A DNA stretch of 64,000 bases from contig OX597831.1 of assembly GCA_951406725.2 (NCBI GenBank), positions 10,044,001-10,108,000 of the forward strand, in the 5' to 3' direction. Numbering within the stretch: position 1 is the first letter of the stretch; each line of letters starts with the position of its first letter. Made by a program: the position numbers and the translations under genes. Source of the stretch: Octopus vulgaris (Eukaryota). Positions 27,985 to 41,229 of this stretch are shown in pieces. The notes beneath the pieces were generated by a model. It saw only the letters and a list, made by a program, of their open reading frames with translations. It had not been told where the DNA came from and did no database searches.

Positions 27985-28725
27985 ACGATTCCGAGATTCT
28001 AAAAACAAATAGATTTAATCGGAGTTTGAAATTACAGTAACAATTGTTTCATATTGCTGAACAACAAAATACTAATCTAGTTATAACGTTTTCTTTCATT
28101 GCTATTATTTTGACTTGACTGTCTCTGCGGAAAAGAATTTATTCCTGTAAGCATCGAAAACAATCATTAAAACTATGCCAGATTTACACTGCACCGTTTT
28201 ATTTACTTTCTTTTTCGCTGATTGTTAAAATTAATCTATGGCAAATTAAACTTGAACAAATTTATATAAATAGTTCAAGTTATGGAATAAATGTTACGCT
28301 ACGGAGACGAAAGGTTGATTAATGAAATAAAATTAATGAAATATAAATATAGACATAATAAAAAAATACTGTGTGGGGAAAAAAATGAATTGATTGTCTT
28401 TTCATAATTAGTAGTCTAGTACCCATTAATGAGTCATTAATCCTATTGATCGTTGACCAGAAATGGCGCTAACTAATCTCAATAAGTAGATAATATATTA
28501 TACATAGACACAAATGTAAATTTCCTTTGCTTACTGCAAAAAAAGAAACAGAAAAAAAAATCAAAAAATACAGAAGAAGAAAAAAAGCATTGGCTTCACC
28601 TATGACTTATGGTTTGCTCTGAATGACTTAGAATCACGCGGGTAGACGTCGGTAGCAGCACCGCAACAATAAATCTTTTTCTCACTATACACCAATCACA
28701 TTTATCTCTCACTCTCTCTTTTTGA

Positions 28726-29023
28726 ATATATATATATATGTGTATATATATATGTATATATGTATATATGTATATATATATATATGTATATATGTATATA
28801 TGTATATATATATATATGTATATATGTATATATATATATATGTATATATGTATATATATATGTATATATGTATATATATATGTATATATATATATATGTA
28901 TATATATGTATATATATGTATATATATATGTATATATATATGTATATATATATATGTATATATATATATGTATATCTATATATATATGCATATATATATA
29001 TATATATTTGTGTGTGTGTGTGT
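28726..29023. repeat. Compound (TA)n/(TATATG)n/(TG)n microsatellite
   Basis: Direct inspection; one of dozens of such tracts. Confidence 0.95.
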
Positions 29024-29719
29024 GAATATCTTTGAAGTAATTAATCTGTTATGTGTCGGGCAAAATCTCTTTAGAGAATGTTAATAAATTGATTTTTTTT
29101 ACCGTTTTTTAGAGAAGGTACAGTGCCAGAAATGTATTTCTGGTGAATCAAATCTATATCGAAGTAGTTAAAATGTTGCCAGAACTTCGTGCTACTTCAC
29201 ATGTAGCAATAATGCCGCTCTGAAAGTTATAAACATCATATGCACTCAATCCCCACATGTCATTTTCACGTAAATTCCACATAAGCATCGCGCTGCAGAC
29301 CACTCCATAATTTTTGTAAAAATACATTTGGAAGAAAGATGCAGACTTTTAAGATGAAGATTCCTCAGGCATAGAGAGGCAACCAAACAAATTCAGATTC
29401 CTAGATTCCTACAAAATACGGTGGACATGTATCTAATATGAGATAATGGATGGAACACATCGTGAGTCTCCTTGATAAGGTTTCATTAATGCGAAACAAA
29501 TCTAATGACTCGTACATTGTAAAATACATTTAGCTAGTAGTATACTGATTGCTCTAATTATCTACAGTCCCACCTATTCGTACAAATACTTATGTATACC
29601 ATTCATAAATTAATTAACCGAGCCACCGGGAAGACTCATGGTGCTGAGATGACAACAAGTCTACTACAAATAATATTTTAATTGGATATAAAAAGGGAAG
29701 GATATTTTGCCTTAAAAGT

Positions 29720-29877
29720 AGCATTGGGTGTGTGGTAAGTTGCTTGCTTACGAACCACGTTGTTCCGAGTTCAGTCCCACTGCGTGGCATCTTGGGCAAG
29801 TGTCTTCTACTATAGCCTCGCGCCGACCAAAGCCTTGTGAGTGGATTAGGTAGATGGAAACTTAAAGAATCTCGTCG

Positions 29878-29951
<74 letters not shown>

Positions 29952-30648
29952 TGTGTGTATTAGTGGAGGCGCTATGGCCCAGTGGTTAGGGCAGCGGTCT
30001 CGCGGTCGTAGGATCGCGGTTTCGATTGCCAGACCGGGCGTTGTGAGTGTTTATTGAGCGAAAACACCTAAAAGCTCCACGAGGCTCCGGCAGGGGATGG
30101 TGGTGATCCATGCTGTACTCTTTCACCACAACTTTCTCTCACTCTTACTTCCTGTTTCTGTTGTACCTGTATTTCAAAGGGCCGGCCTTGTCACTCTCTG
30201 TGTCACGCTGAATATCCCCGAGAACTACGTTAAGGGTACACGTGTCTGTGGAGTGCTCAGCCACTTACACGTTAATTTCACGAGCAGGCTGTTCCGTTGG
30301 TCGGATCAACCGAAACCCTCATCGTCGTAACCGACGGAGTGCTTCCAAGTGTGTGTGTATGTATGTATCTATGTATGTATGTATGTATGTATGTATGTAT
30401 GTATTTATGTATGTATGTATGTATGTGTGTGTATATATTTGTGTTTGTCCTCCCCAACATCGCTTGACAACCGATGCTGGTGTGTTTACGTCCCCGTAAC
30501 TTAGCGGTTCGGCAAAAGAGACCGATAGAATAAGTACTAGACTTACAAAGAATAAGCCCTGGGGCCGATTTGCTCGACAAAAGGCGGTGCTCGAGCATGG
30601 CCACAGTCAAATGACTGAAACAAATAAAAGAGTAAAAGAGTAAAAGAT
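29720..30648 (+). mobile_element. SINE family A interrupted by a family C SINE in its internal microsatellite
   Basis: 5' half about 29720-29880, 3' half about 30430-30648. Confidence 0.9.
29963..30348 (+). mobile_element. SINE family C (tRNA-derived head GGAGGCGC.ATGGCCCAGTGGTTAGGGC), full length, nested
   Basis: A box TGGCCCAGTGG, B box GGTTTCGATTGCC; head matches 53310. Confidence 0.9.
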
Positions 30649-31210
30649 ATACACTTCATAAAATATTCAGAATGTCCAGGGCTGGAAAATATTTCTTCTT
30701 ATGTTTTATTTCGATAAGGGCTGACCTGGGGCTAGAGTTTCTCTAACAATCGAAACAATTACACAAACGTCCACATAACTTCGATTTTAGCTTTTCATTT
30801 TTAAAGGGGTTCATAAAAAGAAAATAGCAGCATTTGCACACTGCCTCTTATGTAATCGATTTTCACTTTTACCACAGATTTCAAAACTTTTCCTTAGACT
30901 AGTAACGAGTATGCAAATAATTTGACACCAGACGTTTAGCAATGAATAATATCCACAACGGATGAGATAATATTATCTTTTCAAAACACCACTCTTCACG
31001 CAGAAAGAGCGACGTCTTGCGTTGTATAAAGAATAATGAAAGAGTAGACACCTACAAGACGTTCACCTGTGTACTCAATTACCATTTTACGTTTGAAAGT
31101 TATAGACTTCCTTTCCACACATATACTAACAGATATCTACCTCTGTAATTATGTCACTGTCTTCTTCTTCTTCTTCTTCTTCTTCTTCTTCTTCTTCTTC
31201 TTCTTCTTCT

Positions 31211-31262
<52 letters not shown>

Positions 31263-31277
31263 GTATGTATATATATA

Positions 31278-31588
31278 TATAAATTTTAAAAAAAACACCT
31301 TTTATCAATTCAGAATGAAAAGTTAAATTACGCCATCTAGAAAATTACATATAATAGAAATATTAAATATAAGATAAAAAATAATATACCGATGATTAAG
31401 TAATATGCAAAATAATAAATAAAACGTATATATTTGGTACGTTTTATTTATTATTTTGCATATTACTTAATCATCGGTATAATATTTTTTATCTTATATT
31501 TAATATTTCTATTATATGTAATTTTCTAGATGGCGTAATTTAACTTTTCATTCTGAATTGATAAAAGGTGGTTTTTTTCTAATTTATA
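31278..31588. repeat. Long inverted repeat, ~151-bp arms with 9-nt spacer
   Basis: 31278-31428 versus 31438-31588 are near-perfect reverse complements; begins at a (TA)n tract. Confidence 0.9.
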
Positions 31589-31654
31589 AAATATATTATA
31601 CCTTGTGAAATTCGATTTAATATTTCTAAATTGAATTTTTCCCTGCAAGTTAGG

Positions 31655-32540
31655 TGTCTTGCAAACAACTTGCACATGCAAGTGCTACCAGTTAAAAGCT
31701 CCGTATATCGGAAGCTAGCAAGTGTATGGGGTCATCAGGAGAGAATACGCCCAGTTTCGGGGCCTACCTCTCGATGTGCACCGGTCCCCCCTCACTGATA
31801 TGAGGCCCCGCTTGCTAGATCAGCTGGTTATGAAGAACTCAATATACTTCTAGCCATCGCTCATCGTCTCTTTTTAATCAAATCCAGTGGCTAGCCTTCT
31901 CCACTGTAGATTGGATATCAGTCATGGTGGTATTGACTTCACGATGAGTTAGGCCTAACGATAACAACAGTCGTCTCACGCTGTGTCCTACAAACCCTCT
32001 ACATCCGACTTCGATAGGAAAATGTTCCGCTTTCCAGCCTGCGTCTTCACATTCCTCGAGGAGGTTTTCATAACGGTTTAATTTTCGAGCTCGAGCGGCG
32101 TCCATATTATCTTCGTAAGGAACCGTTAGCGCGACTATATTTACAACTTTCTTTCTTTCACACAACATCAAAGTATCTGTTTTTTTCGAAACTGGGATGG
32201 GAAAGATAACATGGCACTCAGGTAAATCTGCAGTTACCTCCCAATAGGCGTTCCACTTTTAATTTTTCTCAGGAAGTTTCTTGGTCTTCTTCTTGAAACG
32301 GATCTGCTGACCTAGCCGCACGAAGGTAATGAACTCTTTTGATGGTACTTTTAACGATTTTTCCTCAGTGTTATTGAGATGAATTTGGTTCTTTATAGCA
32401 TTGACGATAACCTTAAGGACCAAGTTGTGCCTCCATGTGTACCTGTCCAATGCTAATGAACAGTTGGAAAGAATATGTTTTAGTGTACCGACCTTTCCGC
32501 ATTTGCAGATGTCATTCTCTAAGACGTTCCATCTTACTAG
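31655..32540 (-). mobile_element. 5'-truncated Hero-clade (RLE-type) non-LTR retrotransposon: CCHC knuckle, restriction-like endonuclease, 3' UTR
   Basis: CKCGKVGTLKHILSNCSLALDRYTWRHNLVL, LTVPYEDNM..AR.RKLNRY, GWKAEHFPIEVGCRGF, EKASHWI. Frameshift and stop codons present. Confidence 0.85.
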
Positions 32541-32694
32541 TAATATTTCTATTATATGTAATTTTCTAGATGGCGTAATTTAACTTTTCATTCTGAATTG
32601 ATAAAAGGTGGGTTTTTTCTAATTTATAAAATATATAATACCGTGTGAAATTCGATTTCATATTTCTAAATTGAATTTTTTCCTGCAAGTTAGG
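32541..32694 (+). repeat. 154-bp direct duplicate of 31501-31654 flanking the Hero fragment
   Basis: Five substitutions by eye, no indels; both copies abut the LINE fragment exactly. Confidence 0.9.
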
Positions 32695-32878
32695 AATAAT
32701 ATTCTCTCAAATTATATATATATATGGAATTTTTCAACTTTAATTATGGAAAACAATTAAATTTAGAACAATTAAACTAGTTTTTCGAAAAGAATTTGTG
32801 TATAGTGTTCAAATACAAGTGGCATTTTCCTTCTTTCTGCCTATCTCTGTCTCTCTTGTTTACTCTTGTGGGACCGAG

Positions 32879-33121
<243 letters not shown>

Positions 33122-34847
33122 CTAAAATGTGAGTATAGAAAATCATATAGTGTGAGTTTGTGTGTGTGCATGTGTATATGCATGAATGTATGTAAATGCA
33201 TGCGAAAATACAGATACCCTTATAATGAAAGGTTTTATCAAACCAAGTAGTTACAGAAAATATTACAAAGGAAAAGAGTCAAAGAACCAAGATGGAGATA
33301 ACAGTCATTTACTACTAATAACATACTTATGGAAATAAAATATTTATCATACGGCAAACTGTATACAGAAACACACACGATATAAGTGCAAAAATGCGGA
33401 ACTGCAAGAGACAGGAAATAAAAGACGCGTATTTTCAGAAAGTAATACAGTGAAACAAGGCGGAATAAGCAAGTGCCAGCCAGTCGGCAAGTTGAACGAA
33501 GGATAAAATCAGGAATACAAATGGAAATACCCTTACCATTCGGATATCCAGGTTATAAATGGATTAACTGAATACGTTATTTAATTCCGAAAAAAGTGTT
33601 TATTCTGCACAAGTGATAAAACTGACAAATTCAAACTTATTGCCTTTTATACGAGCATGTACAGGTATGGTTATATATATATATATATATATTTTTATGC
33701 ATACAAAAATACACACACACACATACATAGACACACACACACAATATTTATGTATATATGTAGCAGAATCGTGATACACTTAGATCGCTTTCTGCTTATA
33801 CGGTTGAACCTGCACAATAATTTAGCTTTACTCATTGTTAAAACATTTTTTAATTTCTTATTTTTTCCACATTTTATTCTCAAATCGCGTTACACTATTT
33901 TGAAAATATAAAACGAAAAAATAAAAAACAAACGCAGAAGTTACCTTGCTGCTTAGAACGAGTAACTTCTTGAGATGCCGAATAAAAATATTTACGACAT
34001 TGTTTCCAACCGTTTCGCAATAAAAGTTTTGCATTTAGGAAAACCTCTATCAATATATGTGTACATACGGGTGCTACTTTGTATAACTTATATAACTTAA
34101 AGAATAGATTTGTATATATATATACATATATTTATATATAGATATAAAAATGTACTTTTTAATTCATTCATTTCAGTCATATATGTGACTATATTTTAGC
34201 TCCTCCCATTTAACTCTCTTTCTCTGAATATATATATCATATATATATATATAGGAAGAGAGAGAGAGAGACAGAGAGGGGGGAGAGAAAGTGAGAGAAA
34301 GACATTCAAAGAAAGGCATTCAGTAACAATTCATTGAAGCAATGGCTATCTGATAACATAATGCGGCTGTCCCGAAATGGACGATGTTACAGTTGTTATA
34401 GTTCCAAGAAACATCGTTTTTAACTCGCTTTATGACACACTATGTGTGTCCTTATATTTTCGAACAGGGAGCTCAGCCTTCCTATCAGTCACAAAACATC
34501 ATCTGGGGACCAGTTTCTGGGTTATTGCACTTTATCAACGCAGAGTAGCTTCTTTAGCCAGATGGCGTTGCTGAATTTACCCCTGGAACACCAACATCGT
34601 CTCTTTCGGTACAGTCATAGCATGAGGCAAAATAGACTTTACTTATATATTGACGAGGCAAAGCATTCCTAAATGCAAAGCCAGAAATCCGGGATCTAGA
34701 CATATCCAGTAATTTTTTACTAGTTTCATCTTATATCTTTGTTTACTCTCCGTGTTGATATATGGACAATTAAGGTGGTTTTAGAGCAAGATCATGGCTG
34801 CTATTATCAGCATGGTGGTATCTCGTAGATACCCTAATATAATTTCA

Positions 34848-34895
<48 letters not shown>

Positions 34896-35589
34896 TTATG
34901 TATGTATGTATGTAAGTATATATATATGTAACAAGAATATTATTGATAGTGACTTCGAAGGTTCGGCTAGCGACGCCATATTTGGTTTTTGAAATTACTG
35001 TCAAGAATATTCTTTTGTTAAGAGTAATTAATATTCACTCTAGAAATGTATGGATTAACCCATCAGATTAAGGTCAAATATTTTCATTAAAACTGAACAC
35101 ATAAAACAAACATTATATGTGAGAGATAGATATAATTGCTCACACACACACACAAACACACACACTCACATACACGCACACATACACACTCACACACACA
35201 GAGGGAGAGACTCACACACTCACATACACGCACACACACACACACACATGCATGTACGTGGATTTGCGTTCCTTTTCTTCAAACCCTTTAATCGTCTATA
35301 TAATTTGTTTTCTATACATACATTTTTTTTTGTATTTCATGTATGTAATATACTATATATATTGCTCTGTCTAACGTGCCATTCCCTACATTCACTTCTG
35401 TATTGATATTTATATATATAACGAAGAAAAAATTACATAAGTATCCCCTGATACACCACAACTAATTAGCACTCAGGTAGAGCGTCAGGAATATAAGACC
35501 AAGAAAGAGAAGACTAATTTATACATTAAATTTATACATATTTATACATTTTTATAATATAACACACACACACACATACAAACATACAT

Positions 35590-36003
35590 TACTCTTTTAC
35601 TTTTTTACTTGTTTCAGTCATTTGACTGCGGCCAAGCTGGAGCACCACCTTTAGTCGAACAAATCGACCCCGGGACTTATTCTTTGTAAGCTCAGTACTT
35701 ATTCTATCGGTCTCTTTTTGCCGAACAGCTATGTGACGGGGAGTAAACACACCAGCATCGGTTGTCAAGCAGTGGTGGGGGGACAAACACAGACACACAA
35801 ACATATACACACATACACACATATATATATATACATATATACGACAGGTTCCTTTTAGTTTCCGTCTACCAAATCCACTCACAAAGCATTGGTCGGCCCG
35901 AGGCTATAGTAGAAGACACTCGCCCAAGATGCCACGTAGTGGGACTGAACCCGGAACCATGTGGTTGGTAAGCAAGCTACTTACCTCACAGCCACTCCTG
36001 CGC
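35590..36003 (-). mobile_element. SINE family A, full length
   Basis: End-to-end match to family A. Confidence 0.9.
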
Positions 36004-36330
36004 CACATATATATATAGATATATGAGTGCGTATTTGTAGGCTGTAAATATATTGAGTAATGAGAACACTGACTTATATATACATATGGTTTATATATAT
36101 GGTCTTATATATATTATATACATATATAATTATAACAATAAGGGTTTAGCAACAGGTTGCTACCCCCACATACCGAAAAATTTAGAAATAGCAGCCGAAA
36201 GACTACTATTTCCTTTTTCTCCACAGATAACAATATTTAAATTAATAATCTGTCACCCTATATCTGTAATGTATATATATATATATATATATATATATTG
36301 TGTGTGTATGTATGTATGTATGTATGCATG

Positions 36331-36383
<53 letters not shown>

Positions 36384-36679
36384 ATGTATCTATGTATTTA
36401 TGTATATTTATGTATATTTGCGTGTGTGTATAAACGCAAACAGACAAATATATATTTACATACATACCTGCAATCGGAAATTCATCGAAGTCAATATGTC
36501 CGTAGTTATCTCCTTCTTTCTCATTTTCTGTAAGTCTTGAAATGCTTCTTTCCGTTCTATGTGCTTCTTTGCTTTGTGTGTGTGTGTGTGTGTGCATATG
36601 TATGTGCATGTGTGTGTATGTGTATGTGTGTGTGTGTGTGTGTATGTGCGTATGTGTGTATGTGTGTGTATGTGTGTGC

Positions 36680-36725
<46 letters not shown>

Positions 36726-37045
36726 GTGTATGTGTGTGCATCTTTGTGTATGAGTGTTTCTGTGTCTGTTTTCGTCTGTCTTTTGGGTTTGAATCGTGTT
36801 CATGTTTCAGAGCGCAATTTACCAACCTTTCTTCTCTATTTAAAAAAACAGAAATTCCTCCATTTTCTTATATTTTCTTCCCGTCTACAATTTCCGTAGA
36901 ACATTCTGGCCTTCAAAAATAAAAGACTTCTTCCATTTGTAATGAGCGTCAACCAGATGCACAATGACTGTTCTTCTTTCACCTCGTTTTTATTTGTTCT
37001 TTATTCTGGGATCGTATATACATATACATACATACACACACACAC

Positions 37046-37612
<567 letters not shown>

Positions 37613-38054
37613 TATATATATATATATACACATACAGACATACATATACACAAACACACACAAAAACAAAAATATATTGGGTATTGTGTATTTCGTTGAC
37701 GCTCAGAAAAGATGGAAGAGGCTACCCATGCAGATAAATACCATTGCATCCCGTCAGTAATGATTGCGTAGGGAAAGACAAAGCTAATACAACTTGTCGT
37801 CAATCTTGACGCCGAGGTTCCCCGTAGCATACAAAAGAAACAGATGCTAAAATCCTTATCTTCTGATTCACTCACAGAGAAATGCACCCGACGCTTACAA
37901 ATGCTAACGTTTTATCGATCCATGAAAGGGAAATGACAAAACCAACTTCCGCATAATTTGATCCCAAAGCAAAGAGAATCGGAAAAGTTATGCTAAGCAT
38001 TATGTTGATGTCATAGGCATACATATATATATATAACTATGTGTGTGTGTCTTT

Positions 38055-38110
<56 letters not shown>

Positions 38111-38535
38111 CTTAAAGCAACAAAATTTCTTATTAGTACGCATAGTCTAATTTATACACACATTTACATAAAGATTCACACACTCTTACCTCCATGCTAA
38201 TTTACCGGCAGTATTGTATAAAAGATCGTTTGTAAGGCCAAAGCAACGCATGTCCACTCTACACACGCTCACACACGCACATCGGCAACATTTGTTAATT
38301 TCTTGAAAGTGAAAGCCATAACCCCGAAATATTAAGTTCAAAGTAAGTCTACATCAATTCATATATTTGTTTTCTTGTGATTTACCTTGCATTTACTTCG
38401 CATCATCTTTTATACTTACCCACCATCTTTTATACTATATATTCTACACAACGATTCATTAGAAGTATTCCAATATAACACCTGTAATATATATATACAT
38501 ACATACACAGAGTGTGTTTGTACACATCAATGCAT

Positions 38536-38623
<88 letters not shown>

Positions 38624-38649
38624 TTTATTTTAAGCAGCAGAAAATTCAA

Positions 38650-38699
38650 CAAAATCTGTTACTCTGAGTTTCTCGTTGCCGTTCATCAGACAGATTTTG
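38650..38699 (-). ncRNA. Type I hammerhead ribozyme with 10-bp stem I
   Basis: Minus strand CAAAATCTGT-CTGATGA-aCGgcaaCGa-GAA-ACTC-a-GAGT-A-ACAGATTTTG. Canonical CUGAUGA/GAAA core, GUA site; stem II is weak. Confidence 0.75.
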
Positions 38700-38709
38700 C
38701 TAGAAAAAA

Positions 38710-38747
38710 CTGTCTGATGAACGGCAACGAGAAACTCAGAGTAACAG
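38710..38747 (+). ncRNA. Type I hammerhead ribozyme
   Basis: CTGT-CTGATGA-aCGgcaaCGa-GAA-ACTC-a-GAGT-A-ACAG. Confidence 0.7.
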
Positions 38748-38849
38748 ATTTTGTTGAATTTTCTGCTGCTTAAAATAAAGCATATTACTCTACCACTGGT
38801 ATTTGAGTACTCTTTTTTCCACCTTGTTTCACATTTATGTGTTTACTCC

Positions 38850-38902
<53 letters not shown>

Positions 38903-39222
38903 ATATGTTCTTGTCTTTGAATAATAAGTTAGTTATTGAGGCCGATTACTGATGAGCATTCGCCTTGCGAAAATATTGTTTTGCTAAATTACCTATTAAA
39001 GGATGGCAAATAATATTATTTGCTAAAGCAATTTCCAGACCGTGGTATAACCGATAATGAATAATGAGGTAAAAGTTTTTTTATTTTTCAACTCCGTCGA
39101 AAACTGCTTTTAAATCGTGGTTTTCGCCTTGTTGGTTGCTATTTCTGGCATGTAAAAATTACCTGTTAATGGGTAATTTTCTTGTGTGCTTAAATGTACA
39201 CTAAAATATGTATGTATATATA

Positions 39223-39653
39223 CTCTCTTACTCTTTTACTCTTTTACTTGTTTCAGTCATTTGACTGCGGCCATGCTGGAGCACCGCCTTTAATCGAGCA
39301 AGTCGACCACGGGATTTATTCTTTTGTAAGCCCAGTACTTATTCTATCGGTCTCTTTTTGCCGAACCGCTAAGTAACGGGGACATAAACACACCAGCATC
39401 GGTTGTCAAGCAATGCTAGGGGGACAAACACAGACACACACACATACACACACACATATATATATATATCTATATATATATACATATATACGACATGCTT
39501 CTTTCAGTTTCCGTCTACCAAATCCACTCACAAGGCATTGGTCGGCCCGGGGCTATAGCAGAAGACACTTGCCCAAGATACAACGCAGTGGGACTGAACC
39601 CGGAACCATGTGGTTGGTTAGCAAGCTACTTACCACACAGTCACTCCTGCGCC
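39223..39653 (-). mobile_element. SINE family A, full length
   Basis: End-to-end match to family A. Confidence 0.9.
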
Positions 39654-40223
39654 TATATATATATATAATTATACATATACGCCCATATGTGAATATGAGC
39701 GTGTGCATGTGTGTATATGTGTGTGTGTGAGTGTGTGTGTGCATGTGTATTGAAAGCCGGTGATCTATGAGCATAAAATAACAGATAATAGGTAATATAG
39801 AGCTTCATATTAAGAAGACCAATATGCAGTAAAACTGAGTATTGCAAAATATGGCTATTTGATAAGCGACGAACAGCAAATGCAAATTGCTCGCTGCGTA
39901 ATATATTGACACTGGCCGTTTTTGATGCTCTTATAAGTTTTAAGTTGAATCATTTCCAATATATTAATAAGAATGAATGAAATGTGAGAAACCACATAAA
40001 ACTTCAAAGTTATCTCATGGGGATTCAGTTTCATGATGTCCATCTTGAAACTGATGTTGTAAACTAACTTCCACATATTGTAGACGCTAAGTTAGAAATT
40101 TACGTGATTCATATATAATGATAGACATTCAATATTGATTTCTTCCTTAGGCACAAGAGCGCAGACCAACCGTTTGTAATGGGCGGAATTGTTGTATGGC
40201 TAGACGACAGGTATGAAAGAGTT

Positions 40224-40453
40224 CGTGAGCTGGCGGAAACGTTAGCACGCCGGGCGAAATGCGTAGCCGTATTTCGTCTGCTGCTACGTTCTGAGTTCAA
40301 ATTCCGCCGAGGTCGACTTTGCCTTTCATCCTTTCGGGGTCGATTAAGTAAGTACCAGTTACGCACTGGGGTCGATATAATCGACTTAATCCGTTTGTCT
40401 GTCCTTGTTTGTCCCCTCTATGTTTAGCCCCTTGTGGGTAGTAAAGAAATAGG
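40224..40453 (+). mobile_element. SINE family B, near full length
   Basis: GAGCTGGCGGAAACGTTAGCACGCCGGGCG...GTAGTAAAGAAATAGG. Confidence 0.9.
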
Positions 40454-41229
40454 TAAGTTGTTCACGCCGAAAACCACCTACTGCTGTGTTGAATAGTATT
40501 GGATTTTTATTTTAAGTGTGAGTTTGGTCTTTGGTCGTGGAGATGAAGGGTTCTTCCATTGTGACCACTGCTGTGTTGTCTGTGCGTCGTACCCGTAGAC
40601 CCAACTCTCATCACCGGTGTTTATCTTCGACATGAAGGATGGATCATCAGCAACACACTGACGGAGGTTTTTACGGATTCGACGCGATGCATTTTTCTGC
40701 TGAGTGGTCAGTATCTCGGGGGCAAACTCCTCATTGAGACACGCCTCATTTTTAGGATTCAGACGTCAGGATTGCTTGCACGGAACAACAAAACAGAACA
40801 ATATCAACAATGTCGTTGATTGTCCTCCGACGATCCTCAGTCAAAATGTAATGAATTTTGTCCACAATTCCCGCTATGACACTCGTGCCAAGCCTTCCAG
40901 CAGTTCGGTCATCGTCTTGCAGGAATGTTTGACCGCTTTAAACATTGCGTACGACCCATTCCTTGTCACAGCACGTCCCAAGTTTAACGCAAAAAATCAC
41001 GTTGGGTTTCTTTGCTTCAACTTCCCGTCCAAGACAAAATCGCAGACTACAGCATAGATGTGATCAGAAAAAACATAAATTTTACAATTTGAAAATTAAA
41101 CACTGCAATGTCCCTCGACACACTGCCACGTGAAGGTCACTGCTATATCTCACTAAGCACGCAATCGTGTTCAACCATTTGCCGGCGTGCTACAGAACTA
41201 TTCGTGGAACTTGTTCATATACCTCGTGC
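40454..41229 (-). mobile_element. Mariner transposon remnant (5' TIR and N-terminal half of transposase, disrupted)
   Basis: Minus-strand peptides VIFCVKLG, LTEDRRRTI, DDPSFMSKINTGDESWVYGYD.QT.QQWSQW (first catalytic D). Terminus CACGAGGTATATGAACAAGTTCC resembles a mariner TIR. Confidence 0.85.

Larger units (their letters stand above)
38623..38851 (+). mobile_element. Penelope-like non-autonomous element with perfect 71-bp inverted repeat, inside (TA)n
   Basis: Arms 38623-38693 and 38710-38780, 16-nt spacer, then a 71-nt unique tail; each arm contains a hammerhead. Confidence 0.75.

Noticed and set aside
29963-30040. tRNA gene (also at 53309)
   Set aside because: tRNA-like A/B boxes continue into a SINE body; no proper acceptor stem or terminator.
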